In this document: positions 20,566 to 30,727 of the stretch, piece after piece
How positions within the stretch are numbered: the first letter of the stretch is position 1
How the letters are laid out: each line of letters begins with the position of its first letter
DNA from: Candidatus Heimdallarchaeota archaeon
Lineage (GTDB): Archaea; Asgardarchaeota; Heimdallarchaeia; Heimdallarchaeales; Heimdallarchaeaceae
DNA length: 64,000 nucleotides
Assembly (NCBI GenBank): GCA_030603365.1
Contig: JAUVXV010000005.1
Coordinates: 32,001 to 96,000 of the forward strand
Direction: 5' to 3'
Notes under the pieces: generated by a model
Told to the model about the DNA's origin: nothing
The model's input: only the letters and a program-made list of their open reading frames with translations
Database searches by the model: none
Translations under genes and position numbers: made by a program

Positions 20566-21861
20566 TTAAGGATATACTCTGTTTCTTGTTCTTGGGAAGG
20601 GAAGTGTTTCTTGAATAGCATCTAATCCACACAACCACCAAGTTAATCTTTCTGCGCCAAGCCCAAAACCAGAATGGGGGACTGAACCATATTTGCGTAG
20701 GTCAATGTACCAGGCATAATCCTTAACAGACCAGCCTTCCAATTTGATTCGACTGATTAATGTTTCTAGAACATCCTCTCTTTGTCCTCCAGTTATAATC
20801 TCTCCGAATCCTTCAGGAGCCATTAGATCTGCTGAATAGCACCATTTGGTGTCATCTTCATGAATCTTAACATAGAATGGTTTGTGATTAGAAGGATAGT
20901 CTCTAACAAAGAAAGGTTCTCCAATTACATTGGATAATTCTCTCTCTTCTTCAGTTTTCAAATCATCATCCCATTTCAAATCGAAACCACTTTCATTTAG
21001 AGTATCAATGGCTTCCTTGTAGCTAATCTTCTTGAAAGGAGCTTTGATTGTTTCTAAAACTGAGGTGTCCCTTTTTAGCTCTTTGAGTTCTTTTGCATTA
21101 TTTTGAAGGACAAATTGGACTATATATGCAACTAATTCTTCTTGAATCTTCATGTTGCCTTCAAAGTCTACAAATGCTTCTTCTCCTTCAATATGCCAGA
21201 ATTCATTGACATGCCTTTTAGTTCTCATCTTCTCTGCTCTAAAGCTAGGAGTTATAGCATATACTTTTTCTAAACTGTAGATGAGTGCTTCAAGATAAAG
21301 TTGAATGCTCTGACTAAGATAAGCGGTTGAATCAAAGTACTTCAGACTGAAGAGTGTTGAGCCTCCTTCACAAGCTGAACCTGTAAGAATAGGTGGAGTA
21401 GTTTCGTAGAAATCATTTTCAAAGAACCATTCTCTTGATGCTCTAAGAACAGAAGCTTTTACTTTCCACACATTTGTAGATTGAAAACTTCTTACAAATA
21501 GATGAGTGTTATCAAGCATGAATTCTTTACTTTTGTCTTTAGCAATAGGAAAGACTTCGCCTTTGTGCATTAACTTGAAATCAATTAATTTAACTTCAAC
21601 ATTATTTACAGCCCTATTATCCTCTACAGGATTACCTTCAACAATAATATAATTCTCAATAGCAGCTTCGTTTAACATCCCCCATGCTTCTGAAGATAAA
21701 GTATCTTCTTTACCAATACATTGGATGATGCCTGAAGCATCACGTAAAACGACAAAGATCTTATCTTTCATTTTACGGATTCGATAGATCCATCCTCGGA
21801 TAATAACTGAATCCTCCGAGGGAATTACTTGTGCTGCACGTGTGAAAGTTTTCTCGGGCAT
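20566..21861 (-). CDS. asnS: Asparagine--tRNA ligase
   Basis: OB-fold IRGWIYRIR..LRDASG; ACEGGSTLF; YLSQSIQLYLE; FRAEK.RTKRHVNEFWHIE; PHSGFGLGAER. Confidence 0.9.
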   Translation of the reverse strand: MPEKTFTRAAQVIPSEDSVIIRGWIYRIRKMKDKIFVVLRDASGIIQCIGKEDTLSSEAWGMLNEAAIENYIIVEGNPVEDNRAVNNVEVKLIDFKLMHKGEVFPIAKDKSKEFMLDNTHLFVRSFQSTNVWKVKASVLRASREWFFENDFYETTPPILTGSACEGGSTLFSLKYFDSTAYLSQSIQLYLEALIYSLEKVYAITPSFRAEKMRTKRHVNEFWHIEGEEAFVDFEGNMKIQEELVAYIVQFVLQNNAKELKELKRDTSVLETIKAPFKKISYKEAIDTLNESGFDLKWDDDLKTEEERELSNVIGEPFFVRDYPSNHKPFYVKIHEDDTKWCYSADLMAPEGFGEIITGGQREDVLETLISRIKLEGWSVKDYAWYIDLRKYGSVPHSGFGLGAERLTWWLCGLDAIQETLPFPRTRNRVYP

Positions 21862-21986
21862 AAGTTCTCAATATGACTGTCATAAAAAAATGTTAGGGTT
21901 AAGAAGAAAAACATTCGAATTTCTTTGGTAACTGGTTCATGAGTTAAAATTATATACTATCAATTATATTTCAAAAGTGAATCATC

Positions 21987-22745
21987 ATGTGTCGTCTCTT
22001 CCTTAATATAGGTAGAACTGTATCGAAGCAAGCTTTCGAGGAATTCGTTGGGTCCTGTTCCGATTATGTCGGTGGAGTAAAACTTGATGTTCACGAAAGA
22101 AATGAAACTAAACTTGAGCAGCATTCTGATGGCTTTGGGTATGCTTTTGTGAAAGATAATCATTTTGAACTGAGAAGATTTAGAGAACCAATTTATGAAC
22201 GTAATCTTGTAGATGAATGGATGAAAATGGATACAGAGGTCCTTTTTATTCACGCTAGACAAGCTTCTCCTAATATCAAAATTAAACTAACAAACAATCA
22301 TCCTTTTTATTGGTACAATGGTGATGAATATGTTTTTGGTCATAATGGTACTATAAAGAATCAAATCAAGGACTATGATGAACAGAAATTCTACATGAAA
22401 GGTAGTACTGATTCTGAGAAATACTTCTATACATTACTAACAGAAATGGGTTCAAATGAATGGCAGATAAACAAACAAATAACTGACAAAATTTTGGCAA
22501 ATTGGGATTATACTGCTGCGAACTTCATATTGACCTCCCTAACAAAAGCTTGGGTAGGCGTGTTTTACCGAAAAGATCCATTGTATTTTACTATGAAATT
22601 GTATAAAACTGATGATTACATTGTCATAAGTTCTAGCGCAATACCTTCATTGGGTTCCCCCACAGAAAGATTAAGGCATGGTGCTTTGATCGAGATAGAT
22701 ATAGCTAGTAAAAACTACTTCTACTTAAGTGAATTCAGAATTTAA
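21987..22745 (+). CDS. Class II glutamine amidotransferase (YafJ/EgtC-like Ntn hydrolase)
   Basis: N-terminal MCRL, HSDGFG, HARQAS, NNHPF, GHNGTI, GSTDSE. Confidence 0.88.
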   Translation: MCRLFLNIGRTVSKQAFEEFVGSCSDYVGGVKLDVHERNETKLEQHSDGFGYAFVKDNHFELRRFREPIYERNLVDEWMKMDTEVLFIHARQASPNIKIKLTNNHPFYWYNGDEYVFGHNGTIKNQIKDYDEQKFYMKGSTDSEKYFYTLLTEMGSNEWQINKQITDKILANWDYTAANFILTSLTKAWVGVFYRKDPLYFTMKLYKTDDYIVISSSAIPSLGSPTERLRHGALIEIDIASKNYFYLSEFRI

Positions 22746-22756
22746 GCTAGGATGGA

Positions 22757-23353
22757 TTGGTTGTGTCTGATTCTGAAAATGTTGCGAATGGAAAAGGTTC
22801 AAGTATAGATAAAAAGAAGAAACCTTTCAGTTATCGACTTAAGATTTTCTCCATGCAATATCTTGCTCATCATCCTGTCTGTCATAAATTTGACAATCAC
22901 ATATTTAGATTAGGTTCACTATTTCTGTGTGTTGGGTGTTTAAGTGTTATTCTTGGATTCATAACTCACACTGCTGTATTCTTCTCCCTACTTCCTTTTT
23001 TCAGAAGTTTCCCTTATGTTAGTGGGAGCATTGCTGCTTTAGGAGTTGGACTGGCTCTGATTCAGGTCTTTCTAAAACCAAATAATAGATGGTTGAAAAT
23101 AGTGTTCAGATTCAGTTTAGGAATTGGTTTAGGTGCATATACAGCGATTATTGTGTTAGCAGCTAATCTTTCGTATACCATAGGATTTTATGCTATTCTT
23201 ATTCAATTTCTCCTATTTATTTTGCTAATACCTGGAATTTACCTGTATAATGTTATCAGAGGAGCATCACCATATCTAGAATGTAAAGATTGTGAAGATA
23301 AATTCATTGAACCAACTTGTGACTATAATGTTGTATCAAATTACGAATCTTAG
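22757..23353 (+). CDS. Membrane protein with Cys/His metal-binding motifs (DUF2085-like)
   Basis: HHPVCHK...LCVGC, four TM helices, C-terminal CKDC...C. Confidence 0.6.
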   Translation: MVVSDSENVANGKGSSIDKKKKPFSYRLKIFSMQYLAHHPVCHKFDNHIFRLGSLFLCVGCLSVILGFITHTAVFFSLLPFFRSFPYVSGSIAALGVGLALIQVFLKPNNRWLKIVFRFSLGIGLGAYTAIIVLAANLSYTIGFYAILIQFLLFILLIPGIYLYNVIRGASPYLECKDCEDKFIEPTCDYNVVSNYES

Positions 23354-23362
23354 AAGAAATTT

Positions 23363-23770
23363 TCATTCTTCTTCTGTTTCTTCCTCTAAAGATTCTTGTA
23401 TTTCAATTTGATATCCTTCAGGATCATTGAATACAAATGCTTTGATTTTGATTTCATTGTTGACGAACATTTCAGATAAACCATCAACACTGGCTTGTTT
23501 ACAGTATTCATAGAATGCATCTACATCTGGAACTCTCATGCAAATCTGAACTGGTTTGATTTTATTCCACTTATGCATTCCTTTAGTTTCATCAACTATG
23601 CCCACATATCCAGCTTCAGAAATACGATATATTTTGCAGAATCCTTGATCTATCTCCAATGGGAAATCTAGAAAATCTCCATAAAAATCCATTCCTTTCT
23701 GTAAATCTCTATAATAGATGAAAGTAATGAGTTTGTCAGCTCTGTTTTCTATTAAATCAGGTCTTTTCAT
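23363..23770 (-). CDS. VOC/glyoxalase family protein
   Basis: DLQKGMDFYGDFL...FNDPEGYQIEIQ. Confidence 0.85.
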   Translation of the reverse strand: MKRPDLIENRADKLITFIYYRDLQKGMDFYGDFLDFPLEIDQGFCKIYRISEAGYVGIVDETKGMHKWNKIKPVQICMRVPDVDAFYEYCKQASVDGLSEMFVNNEIKIKAFVFNDPEGYQIEIQESLEEETEEE

Positions 23771-23849
23771 TTTATTTTCACTTTCATTGTCTCTGATTTC
23801 TAGGTGAATTATTTATATTAATTATATCTTATTAAAATTTGTTGAAAAA

Positions 23850-23880
23850 TTAGAAAAAGAGAGAGTATGAGACTCTCATA
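23850..23880 (-). terminator. Hairpin plus T-run after the 23905-24402 gene
   Basis: gagagt-atgag-actctc stem followed on the minus strand by pyrimidine/T tracts. Confidence 0.45.
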
Positions 23881-23904
23881 TGATTTTGTCTTAGATTTAT
23901 CTCG

Positions 23905-24402
23905 TTAGTTTGGTATTAGTAATGTTGCTTCGAAATAATTGACAATTACATCGCCATAAATTATACCGAATAGTTTCATGCCTTCGAAATCTTCAAAACC
24001 TTGCAATGAATATTGACCTGTAAGTTCTCCATTAATGACTCTTATGCTCTTTTTTCCATAAAAGTAACCTGAAAGTTCACCCCATGTAAAATACATCCAA
24101 CTGTCTCCGTTAACGATTACTTCTCCACATTGGTCATCTTTTACATGGAAAAGGGACTCAGTATAACCTGATATTTCCTCATCTCCTATAGTTCCTGCTA
24201 ACCAATGAATATCATAGTAATCTTTTATGTGTATTATCCCATCTTCAATGAAGACTATTGTATATGTAGGCGGTTGTGCTATCCATTCCATGGCATAGAA
24301 CTCTAGTTTTTGTGCTGGTGCAGCTTGGCTAAGCATAGGCATAAGAAATAACCCAAGCATTAAGGCTGTAGCAAAAACGATTGCGAATTTACTTTTTCTC
24401 AT
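23905..24402 (-). CDS. Small secreted beta-rich protein
   Basis: AGGTGA RBS; signal peptide ending SQA-A. Confidence 0.7.
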   Translation of the reverse strand: MRKSKFAIVFATALMLGLFLMPMLSQAAPAQKLEFYAMEWIAQPPTYTIVFIEDGIIHIKDYYDIHWLAGTIGDEEISGYTESLFHVKDDQCGEVIVNGDSWMYFTWGELSGYFYGKKSIRVINGELTGQYSLQGFEDFEGMKLFGIIYGDVIVNYFEATLLIPN

Positions 24403-24590
24403 TTTATCACCTTATTTGTAACAAAATCGTTACAAGTTATGTAATTTATTTGATACATATAAACATTGTCCATAAGAAGAGGTAATGAAGGAAATTCAGT
24501 AAAAACATCTGATTAATAACACTTTATAGATTTGTTTTATTCTTAAATTTAGCATACTCATCTAATAAGGTCCTAAGTAGAAATGGTTAT

Positions 24591-24722
24591 GTAAGGCACG
24601 CAAACTGTCGCTAAACGGTTTTAATCAGGAAAAGTGATGCTTAGCCTTACTTGTTCAATTTAAACCCCTTCCCTTCTTGTATATGTCTCCTATCAAGAAG
24701 ATAACCTTGGCAACAAGGTTGT
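24591..24722 (+). ncRNA. Candidate structured RNA (unassigned)
   Basis: Four stems in an intergenic region, including a GCAA-tetraloop hairpin; G-U pairs favour the + strand. Confidence 0.35.
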
Positions 24723-24836
24723 TAGAACTAGTGTTTTCACTGATATTTTTTAATGTATTAGCTATTTAGTTATTTAAAAAAAGAACAAGATATATTTATA
24801 AACTCTAGATGAGAATTAAAGTGATAGAGGGATAGA

Positions 24837-26339
24837 ATGAAGAGAACAAGCATAATTATTTTTTTAGTAATGTCTATATTTTTAATTTCATCAAATGATG
24901 TAGCTACTTCTAACGTTGAAGAATCATTGATTCAACAAGAATTGGAATTGACTATTCCTGAGTTGAATGGATTTGTATCACATGCCCCTATCATTATAAC
25001 CAATGATACACAATTAGAAATTTTCCCAGGTAATGGAACTGAATCAAATCCATACATTATTGAAAATTTCAATATCAATGCAAGTATACATGAAGGTGAA
25101 AGTATTTGCATCTACATTGCAGATGTAACTAAATATGTAATAATACAGAATTGTTATTTAATATCTGACCTTGATGGTATTTTAGTAGCTCGAACAGCTC
25201 AAAATTCTGTTAATATCATTAATAACACTTGTATTTTCAATTCAAGTTATCACTATGAAGGATATGGAATTGATGTGTTTGATACTGAGGGTGTAGATAT
25301 TGTTGATAATTACTGTACTCATTTTGAAGAAGGTATAAGATTAAGGTATTCCGAATATTCGAATGTAACAAGCAATACTTTAGATTTGAATGAACTCAGC
25401 TTAAGAGTAGATTACTCTTACAATTCTACAATAAAAGATAACGCAGTCATTAATCCTATATCACATTATTCAGCTGTGATGATATACAATAGTGATTATT
25501 CAACTTTTGTTGGTAATAATATAACGACAGGAGGATTTTATATTTCTGGGGTTGTAGACACTCTCTATTTTGAAAATAATTTTGTTACAGGGAAGCTTTT
25601 TGGATTCTTTGTAGGGTTCGATAATGTTGTTTTAACTGAACTACTATATGGTCAACTATATCTCTATGAATGCTCAAGCGTAATTATCAGAAATCAGATA
25701 TTGTTCAGCACATCAAGAGCTATAGTACTCAAGAATTGTATGAATATTACAGTAGAGCAAAATGTTCTGAATGATCATGGTCATGGTTTGACTCTCTATA
25801 CAGGTGGTGCAAATACGATAGATAACAATACTTTTTTCAACAATTATCTTGGTTTATATGCGTATTCATCCGATCTCAATGATATAAGCAATAATTTGTT
25901 TGAAGAAAATGAAGCCTTCGGAATCCATCTTCTTTACTGTGAAAGAAACGTAATTCACCATAATTCATTTATCGATAACAATATTGGTAATCCTATGTTT
26001 TCGGAATATCCTGATGCTATTCATTCACAAGCATATGACCAACCACAATACAACATTCTCTCTCATTACATGGATATATGGTATGATGAAGTTACTAACC
26101 AAGGCAACTACTGGAACGACTATACTTTCAATTGTGATGATTCTTATATTGGATATGAAATTGCAGCGGATCCATTAACTCATGAATTCTACTATCAAGA
26201 TATTTACCCATTGTTTGAAGATTTATCCGGATGCTATACTCAAACTCCAACACCTACAGATGATACAAATTTCTCATTAAGTATCTTAATGGTGATAATA
26301 TTTGCATCAGCTGTAATGTATCGAAAAAGAAAAACATAA
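24837..26339 (+). CDS. NosD/CASH parallel beta-helix surface protein with C-terminal TM anchor
   Basis: HAPIII...GNGTESNPYIIEN, repeated I..N..GI, HHNSF, GNYWNDY, DIYPL; TM+RKRK. Confidence 0.85.
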   Translation: MKRTSIIIFLVMSIFLISSNDVATSNVEESLIQQELELTIPELNGFVSHAPIIITNDTQLEIFPGNGTESNPYIIENFNINASIHEGESICIYIADVTKYVIIQNCYLISDLDGILVARTAQNSVNIINNTCIFNSSYHYEGYGIDVFDTEGVDIVDNYCTHFEEGIRLRYSEYSNVTSNTLDLNELSLRVDYSYNSTIKDNAVINPISHYSAVMIYNSDYSTFVGNNITTGGFYISGVVDTLYFENNFVTGKLFGFFVGFDNVVLTELLYGQLYLYECSSVIIRNQILFSTSRAIVLKNCMNITVEQNVLNDHGHGLTLYTGGANTIDNNTFFNNYLGLYAYSSDLNDISNNLFEENEAFGIHLLYCERNVIHHNSFIDNNIGNPMFSEYPDAIHSQAYDQPQYNILSHYMDIWYDEVTNQGNYWNDYTFNCDDSYIGYEIAADPLTHEFYYQDIYPLFEDLSGCYTQTPTPTDDTNFSLSILMVIIFASAVMYRKRKT

Positions 26340-26340
26340 A

Positions 26341-26380
26341 TTGAAGGGGATTGAATTACAATCCCTCAATCTTTTATTTT
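26341..26380 (+). terminator. Hairpin plus T-run between convergent genes
   Basis: gggattg-aatta-caatccc stem followed by cttttatttt. Confidence 0.55.
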
Positions 26381-26389
26381 CAAAAAACT

Positions 26390-27943
26390 TTAGCTCTCTT
26401 CTTTCTTCTTTTTTCTTATCAAAGCAGGTACTATTAACATCAGAACAAAGGAGACTATCATTAAGAGATTCGATGTATAACCTGTTTCTTGTGTTGATGG
26501 AATTTCAAGTGCTATAAAGGACAAAAATATTTCATTGTTACCTTCAACTATTTCGTCTATGATGTTGCTGTTATCAATCTTTATAGTCATATTGTATATT
26601 CCTGGTTCAGAAACTATCCAGTTATACTGGAATTCATATGACTCTCTCACATCTAATGCAGGAACATTAAAAGTTTGAAGAACACCAAGATCGTTCTCTA
26701 TTGATGCCTCTGTTATTTCAGAAATGGTTTGTTCCCCTATATTGGTGACTCTAATTTTTATTTCTTTTGTCTCATTATAGTATCCAGAGTACTTATTTGG
26801 AACAACTTCAACTCTTAGGTCAGGTTTATCTTCTTTATTGAAAGTAAATTCATCTATTAAACTATAATCCATTCTGAAAGCTCTAAAATCCAGCTGATTG
26901 GGATATACGTCCAGCAATGTGAAATGATAAGTTGATTCTGCGATTACTGATTGGCTAATTGCATAAACTGGATTGATTTCATAAAGAGGAGCACCAACTG
27001 ATCCTGCAATTATATAGGTAATATTGTTATTGATTAGTCTTTCATAGAAATGGTCGTGAGCACTTATAACCATGGTAATGTTGTATTGTTCAAAAATTGG
27101 AACTAATAACGTTTTAATATCATCATAATCACCAGCGCTATGTCTTGGTGACGAAGCATAAGCTGGTCTGTGCATAACCACAATCTTCCAAGCATAGTCA
27201 TTATGTGCTTGTAAATCTGTGTGTAACCAGTTTATTTGTTCATCAAATGTTCCACCATAACTGGGTACACAAGTATGTAAAGCTACAAAATGAATAGGTC
27301 CGTAGTTAAAGGAATAATATTCTTCTTTTCCAGGAAGTGCAAAATTATCATAGTATAGTGTATCATTTTTTTCATGATTACCCAATACTCCCATAAAAGG
27401 AAATTCAATCAAAAAAGGTTCAAAATCCTTAAACCAATCATTCCATTCAGATACTTTATAACCAGACTCTACAAAATCTCCTAAGAATACAACAAAATCT
27501 GCTGATACTTTTGACATTTGCAATGCTGAAAATGTTCTGTCTTCTCGATTGGTTCTAGAATCTCCAATTCCGAAGAAGGTTGCATGGTCACCTATGTTTC
27601 CTGTTTTAAAAGACCAATCCGGACTCCAATACTCTCCATTACCAACTCTATAATGATATACTGTATTAGGTGTTAGACCGATTAGTTCAACTGTGTGATA
27701 AATTCCTGATAGCCCTGTTTCCTCTAAACCATAAGTGCTACCGAGTCCATATTGAACAATAGACGAAGTGATTTCACTTGTCTTCCAACTTATTGTCATA
27801 GTTGTACTGGTATCATTTTGCCAACTAAGATGTATGTGTCTGGGAATAATTTCTTCAGCTGATACTTGAAAGAACTGGACTAAAACAGGCATTATGAAAA
27901 TCAGTATTAATGAAAAAACCAGTAATTTTCTTTTAGTACTCAT
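26390..27943 (-). CDS. Purple-acid-phosphatase-like metallophosphoesterase (FN3 + MPP + CARDB), membrane anchored
   Basis: HIHLSW...YHYRVG; GDSR, LGDFV, GNHE, HRP, AHDHFYER; IDEIVEGNN (CARDB); C-terminal TM+RKKK. Confidence 0.88.
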   Translation of the reverse strand: MSTKRKLLVFSLILIFIMPVLVQFFQVSAEEIIPRHIHLSWQNDTSTTMTISWKTSEITSSIVQYGLGSTYGLEETGLSGIYHTVELIGLTPNTVYHYRVGNGEYWSPDWSFKTGNIGDHATFFGIGDSRTNREDRTFSALQMSKVSADFVVFLGDFVESGYKVSEWNDWFKDFEPFLIEFPFMGVLGNHEKNDTLYYDNFALPGKEEYYSFNYGPIHFVALHTCVPSYGGTFDEQINWLHTDLQAHNDYAWKIVVMHRPAYASSPRHSAGDYDDIKTLLVPIFEQYNITMVISAHDHFYERLINNNITYIIAGSVGAPLYEINPVYAISQSVIAESTYHFTLLDVYPNQLDFRAFRMDYSLIDEFTFNKEDKPDLRVEVVPNKYSGYYNETKEIKIRVTNIGEQTISEITEASIENDLGVLQTFNVPALDVRESYEFQYNWIVSEPGIYNMTIKIDNSNIIDEIVEGNNEIFLSFIALEIPSTQETGYTSNLLMIVSFVLMLIVPALIRKKKKEES

Positions 27944-28036
27944 TGAATATTATCAAAATTTAAGTGTTATAAAGGTTACTTAAACTTGAAGAGAAAAATA
28001 AGAATATAGGACGATTAGAGAAGGAAAAATTGATTG

Positions 28037-28207
28037 TTACTTAGCTTCTTTCGCCATTACTGCTGCAGAGAGTTTTCTTCTTAATCTTCTGTTAGAGACT
28101 TCTCTGTTTACTCTTCTGATACTCCAGAAGACTAATCCTATAACTAGACCAACAACACCTGTAGTAAGAAACACACTTATTATTTCTGGTATAAATGTAG
28201 GAGCCAT
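28037..28207 (-). CDS. Unannotated 56-aa single-TM protein with basic tail
   Basis: Manual translation MAPTFIPEIISVFLTTGVVGLVIGLVFWSIRRVNREVSNRRLRRKLSAAVMAKEAK*; AGGTG RBS upstream; below ORF-track cutoff. Confidence 0.65.
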   Translation of the reverse strand: MAPTFIPEIISVFLTTGVVGLVIGLVFWSIRRVNREVSNRRLRRKLSAAVMAKEAK

Positions 28208-28281
28208 TCACTCAACACCTACATGAAGTGATTCTCACACATTTTTAAATGTATGCTTTGTTAGTTTCTGTTCTTCTAATC

Positions 28282-29007
28282 TTAATCTATCAAATGAATA
28301 TTCTTTGATTCCTCAATCTGGATATTGATTATTTCATTGTCTTTAACAAGTACTAGTAATCCTTCATTATTTATTCCATCACAATTGTATTTTTTTAACA
28401 TGTATCTATGCATTTTGCTAAGATTTAACAGGTTTGTATTGTATTCAGAAATTAGTTCGTTGACATGTTCGGATTTTAATTTTTCTAGGTATGCAAAAAG
28501 GGTCTCAGTTAATGATTCTATAAGAATACCCATATTGGAAATACATTTAATTTCTTCTGAAATACTTGTGGCTTTAACTCCCTCCACTTTATTCAGGTCT
28601 TCTTTTTTAATATTGATGTTCAAACCAATTCCAATAAGTAGATGATTTATCTGACTACTATGTATTTCAAGTAAGATACCACCTAATTTCTTGTTGTTTA
28701 GATAGATATCATTTGGCCATTTTATTTTGATGTCTAGTTTGTAAAGTTCTTTGAGTGTTTGTTGAATACTTAAAGCTGTTATGTAATGGATCATTCTCAT
28801 CTGCTTCTGGTTAATACTCTTTTCAAGAGCAAGAACATATGTTCCATAGAATCCACCTTTAGGAGAAACCCACTTAGAATTTTCTCTTCCTTTTCCTTCT
28901 AGTTGCTCATCTGCAATAATTAGAAAAGGTTCAGTGCTCTTTTTACGAAGATGATTTGCAACAATATCCATAGTAGAAGAAATACTATCATATCTAATAA
29001 TTCGCAT
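28282..29007 (-). CDS. birA: Biotin--[acetyl-CoA carboxylase] ligase (no N-terminal HTH)
   Basis: ISSTMD, ADEQLEGKGR..SKWVSPKGG, IKWPNDIY..KKLGGIL, GIGLNI; start 29007 preferred over 29061. Confidence 0.9.
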   Translation of the reverse strand: MRIIRYDSISSTMDIVANHLRKKSTEPFLIIADEQLEGKGRENSKWVSPKGGFYGTYVLALEKSINQKQMRMIHYITALSIQQTLKELYKLDIKIKWPNDIYLNNKKLGGILLEIHSSQINHLLIGIGLNINIKKEDLNKVEGVKATSISEEIKCISNMGILIESLTETLFAYLEKLKSEHVNELISEYNTNLLNLSKMHRYMLKKYNCDGINNEGLLVLVKDNEIINIQIEESKNIHLID

Positions 29008-29136
29008 TTTCTCTCTATTGAATATCACAAGAAACACTTTACACGAGCTGTTAATAGACATTATTACATCTTGAGGTTATAAAATTTATTTACTATACAA
29101 GGAAAATCTATTTTTATTGGAATTGTAATTATTTGT

Positions 29137-30717
29137 TTGATGGTCAAAAAAACAGAGTACTCATCAGAAGATGAGGAAAAGAACAAATATGATGATTTGG
29201 AGAATAAAAGGATTCAAAGTAGAGAAGGAGGGGGAAAGAAAAGAATTGAAAATCAACATAGTAAAGGAAAGCTCACTGCAAGAGAGAGAATCGAAATACT
29301 TGTTGATGAAGATTCATTCATTGAATTGGATTCCTTTGTTACTCATCAATCTGCCAAATTTGATATGTCTAAAAATCGACCGTATGGTGATGGTGTTGTA
29401 ACAGGTCATGCAAAAATCGCAGATAGACCTGTTTATCTTTATAGTCAAGATTTCACTGTTTTTGGTGGTAGCCTAGGTAGAGCCCAAGCTACGAAAATAT
29501 GCAAAGTTATGGACCTTGCAGTAAAAACTGGAACACCTATCATAGGTCTACTTGATTCAGGAGGAGCCAGAATTCAAGAAGGTGTAGCATCTTTAGCCGG
29601 TTATGGGGATATATTCTTTCGGAATACTTTAGCTTCAGGAGTAATTCCTCAAATCTCTGTTATATTGGGACCTTGTGCAGGTGGAGCAGTTTACTCACCT
29701 GCCTTAACAGATTTTGTACTTATGAATAAGGAAAATTCGTTTATGTTTGTTACTGGTCCAGAAGTAGTAAAAGCTGTCACAGGAGAGGAGATTTCTTTTT
29801 ATGAGTTGGGGGGAAGCGAGGTACATAGAAGTAAAACAGGAATATGTCATCTAGTGGGAGAAACTGAAGAAGAAACTTTAGGACTAGTTAGAAAATTATT
29901 ATCATACTTGCCTTCAAATAATCTAGATGATTCACCTACATATTCTCCCCTCCCCAAGGTTAACGAGCAGTTAATTCTTAGAGATTTAATTCCACAGAAA
30001 GATAATGAGCCCTACGATATGAAAAATATAATCTGTACGATAGTTGATTCTGATAGTTTTATTGAACTACAAGAAGACTGGGCTAAGAATATGATAATTG
30101 GTTTCTCAAGGATCAATGGTGATACTATTGGGATTATTGCTAACCAACCTATGTTTATTGGAGGTTCAATTGACGTTAATGCATCTGACAAAGCATCTAG
30201 ATTTATTCGTTTCTGTGATTCCTTTAACCTACCAATTTTAACATTTGTTGATGTTCCCGGATTTTTACCTGGAGTAAAACAAGAATATGAAGGTTTAATC
30301 AGACATGGTGCAAAATTGCTTTATGCCTATTCAGAAGCAACTGTTCCAAAAATTTCAATTATTATTCGAAAAGCATATGGTGGGGCTTACATAGTTATGA
30401 GTTCCAAGCATTTAGGGACAGACTTTAACTTAGCATGGCCAACAGCTGAAATTGCAGTTATGGGATCCGAAGGTGCTTGTAAAGTGCTTTACAAGAACAA
30501 ACTTAACGATGTAGAAAAACCAGAAGAGGTATTAGCAGAATTTGCTAAACAATTTAAAACAGAATTCGCAACACCTTATCAAGCAGCTGAATTGGGATAT
30601 ATCGACAAAGTGATTTTTCCAGAAGAAACTAGGAAAGAGATAATTCTCACTCTAAACATTCTTCAAAATAAAAGGGAACAGACACCAAAAAGGAAACATG
30701 GAGTGCCACCAGTTTAG
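29137..30717 (+). CDS. Acyl-CoA carboxylase carboxyltransferase subunit (PccB/AccD-like), copy 1
   Basis: GKLTARERI, GDGVVTG, DSGGARIQEG, GPCAGGAVY, VDVPGFLPG, RKAYGGAY, KRKHG. Confidence 0.93.
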   Translation: MMVKKTEYSSEDEEKNKYDDLENKRIQSREGGGKKRIENQHSKGKLTARERIEILVDEDSFIELDSFVTHQSAKFDMSKNRPYGDGVVTGHAKIADRPVYLYSQDFTVFGGSLGRAQATKICKVMDLAVKTGTPIIGLLDSGGARIQEGVASLAGYGDIFFRNTLASGVIPQISVILGPCAGGAVYSPALTDFVLMNKENSFMFVTGPEVVKAVTGEEISFYELGGSEVHRSKTGICHLVGETEEETLGLVRKLLSYLPSNNLDDSPTYSPLPKVNEQLILRDLIPQKDNEPYDMKNIICTIVDSDSFIELQEDWAKNMIIGFSRINGDTIGIIANQPMFIGGSIDVNASDKASRFIRFCDSFNLPILTFVDVPGFLPGVKQEYEGLIRHGAKLLYAYSEATVPKISIIIRKAYGGAYIVMSSKHLGTDFNLAWPTAEIAVMGSEGACKVLYKNKLNDVEKPEEVLAEFAKQFKTEFATPYQAAELGYIDKVIFPEETRKEIILTLNILQNKREQTPKRKHGVPPV

Positions 30718-30727
30718 CGAAAAATAA

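Noticed and set aside
20566-21861. Non-discriminating AspRS
   Set aside because: ACEGGSTLF, YLSQS.QLYLE and RH..EFWH.E motifs fit archaeal-type AsnRS
24591-24650. c-di-GMP-I riboswitch, SECIS or hammerhead assignment
   Set aside because: Only the GCAAAC fragment resembles c-di-GMP-I; required core motifs of these families were not found
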